Shown here: piece by piece, positions 63,101 to 64,000 of the stretch | Layout: the number at the start of each line of letters is the position of its first letter | Numbering within the stretch: position 1 is the stretch's first letter | Notes under the pieces: generated by a model | Told to the model about the DNA's origin: nothing | The model's database searches: none | The model's input: only the letters and a program-made list of their open reading frames with translations | Translations under genes and position numbers: made by a program | Source: Octopus sinensis | Lineage: Eukaryota | NCBI RefSeq assembly: GCF_006345805.1 | Contig: NC_043026.1 | Location: 2,790,001 to 2,854,000 of the forward strand | Length of the DNA stretch: 64,000 bases | Direction: 5' to 3'

Positions 63101-63609
63101 CAAATGCCAACCACTTTACAATGTGGACTGGATGCTTTTTACGTGGCACCAGCACTGGCAGGGTCACCAAGTGACTCGTAAGACAAGGAATTATGAGAGG
63201 GGCAGGGGAAATTTGGTGTCAATAAACATCAGTCTTCCATGCTGGCGCAGGTTGGACAGTTAACAGGATTCTATTGATCAAAGGATCAAATCCTCTAACC
63301 CATGCCGACTTGAAAAACAGACGTAAAATGTTAAGTGTATGTATATGTTTACACATTTGTGTGTGTTTGAATCTGTATGTGTGTGTATATATATATACAT
63401 ATATATATATACATATAAAAGTAAATAAATGGTAGAACGAAGTACCGATATTTACTGGAAAATAGCGATCGTAATAAAAACGACGCTATTGTATAGCTTC
63501 ACTGGGTATATACTAGCAAAGACGTGTGTGTGTGTGTGCAACAAACATGAAAAAATTTGTCTTACCTCTAGCAAGAACATCTGAAAAATGAAAAACCTAG
63601 AAACGGATA

Positions 63610-63680
63610 ATGCAGGACCGGTTTCAGACTCTTCAAATACGTTTGGCAACGTAGATTTGAATTGTCTTCATCAGCTGCAT
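63610..63680 (-). ncRNA. Type I hammerhead ribozyme motif, canonical core
   Basis: Minus strand reads ATGCAG-CTGATGA-[AGAC aa TTCAAAT ct ACGTT gcca AACGT ATTTGAA ga GTCT]-GAAAC-CG-GTC-CTGCAT: 6-bp stem I, 16-bp interrupted helix II, palindromic ACCGGT helix III, GUC triplet. Confidence 0.85.
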
Positions 63681-64000
63681 ATACCTAGACAAAATTTCAA
63701 ATGTTGCCACATCTATGCCAGTACACTCGTCTGAACGCCAAAACATTAACAGAACGCAATTCAAAATGAATAATTAAATTACACCATCTAGAAAATTACA
63801 TATAATAGAAAAGTTAAAATTAAAATAACAATTAAAAAGTAAAGATTAAGTAAATTACAAGAATAATGTAATGTATATTATATGTAATTTCCTAGATGGT
63901 GTAATTTAATTATTCATTTTGAATTGATAAAAGGTGTTTTTTTTCTAATATTTTATATATATATTATATTGTGTGGAATTTGATTTAGTATTTCTAAATT

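Noticed and set aside
60584-64000. Next GCN1 exon (expected to resemble GLMELHMVLP...LWVVKFD)
   Set aside because: No matching frame with splice sites found; presumably lies beyond the window

Overview
AT-rich, microsatellite-dense eukaryotic DNA, most likely an octopus (inferred from the tRNA-derived SINEs, RTE-tailed retroposons and (TA)n/(CA)n density; not confirmed by any search). The window lies inside one + strand gene, GCN1 (activator of the eIF2-alpha kinase GCN2). I assembled 22 GT-AG coding exons (410-60583; 3461 nt, about 1153 codons, all splice phases compatible), equivalent to roughly residues 41-1100 of human GCN1. The start codon and the C-terminal portion lie outside the window. 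One exon carries an in-frame low-complexity insert of about 100 aa with a KKRRKKRK tract. The introns hold SINEs, non-autonomous Helitrons (one with a PIF1-type helicase fragment), Tc1/mariner, pogo-like and piggyBac-like relics, fold-back hairpins and minisatellites. The main unexpected signal is 14 type I hammerhead-ribozyme-like motifs, from several distinct sequence families, in short non-coding repeats, many beside (TA)n tracts. They include one fully canonical copy (63610-63680, minus strand), one with the compensatory U3:A8 core inside an insert flanked by a 17-bp direct repeat (34245-34292), and inverted pairs. I interpret these as non-autonomous Penelope-like or retrozyme-type elements. 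All folds were done by eye and nothing was checked against databases.
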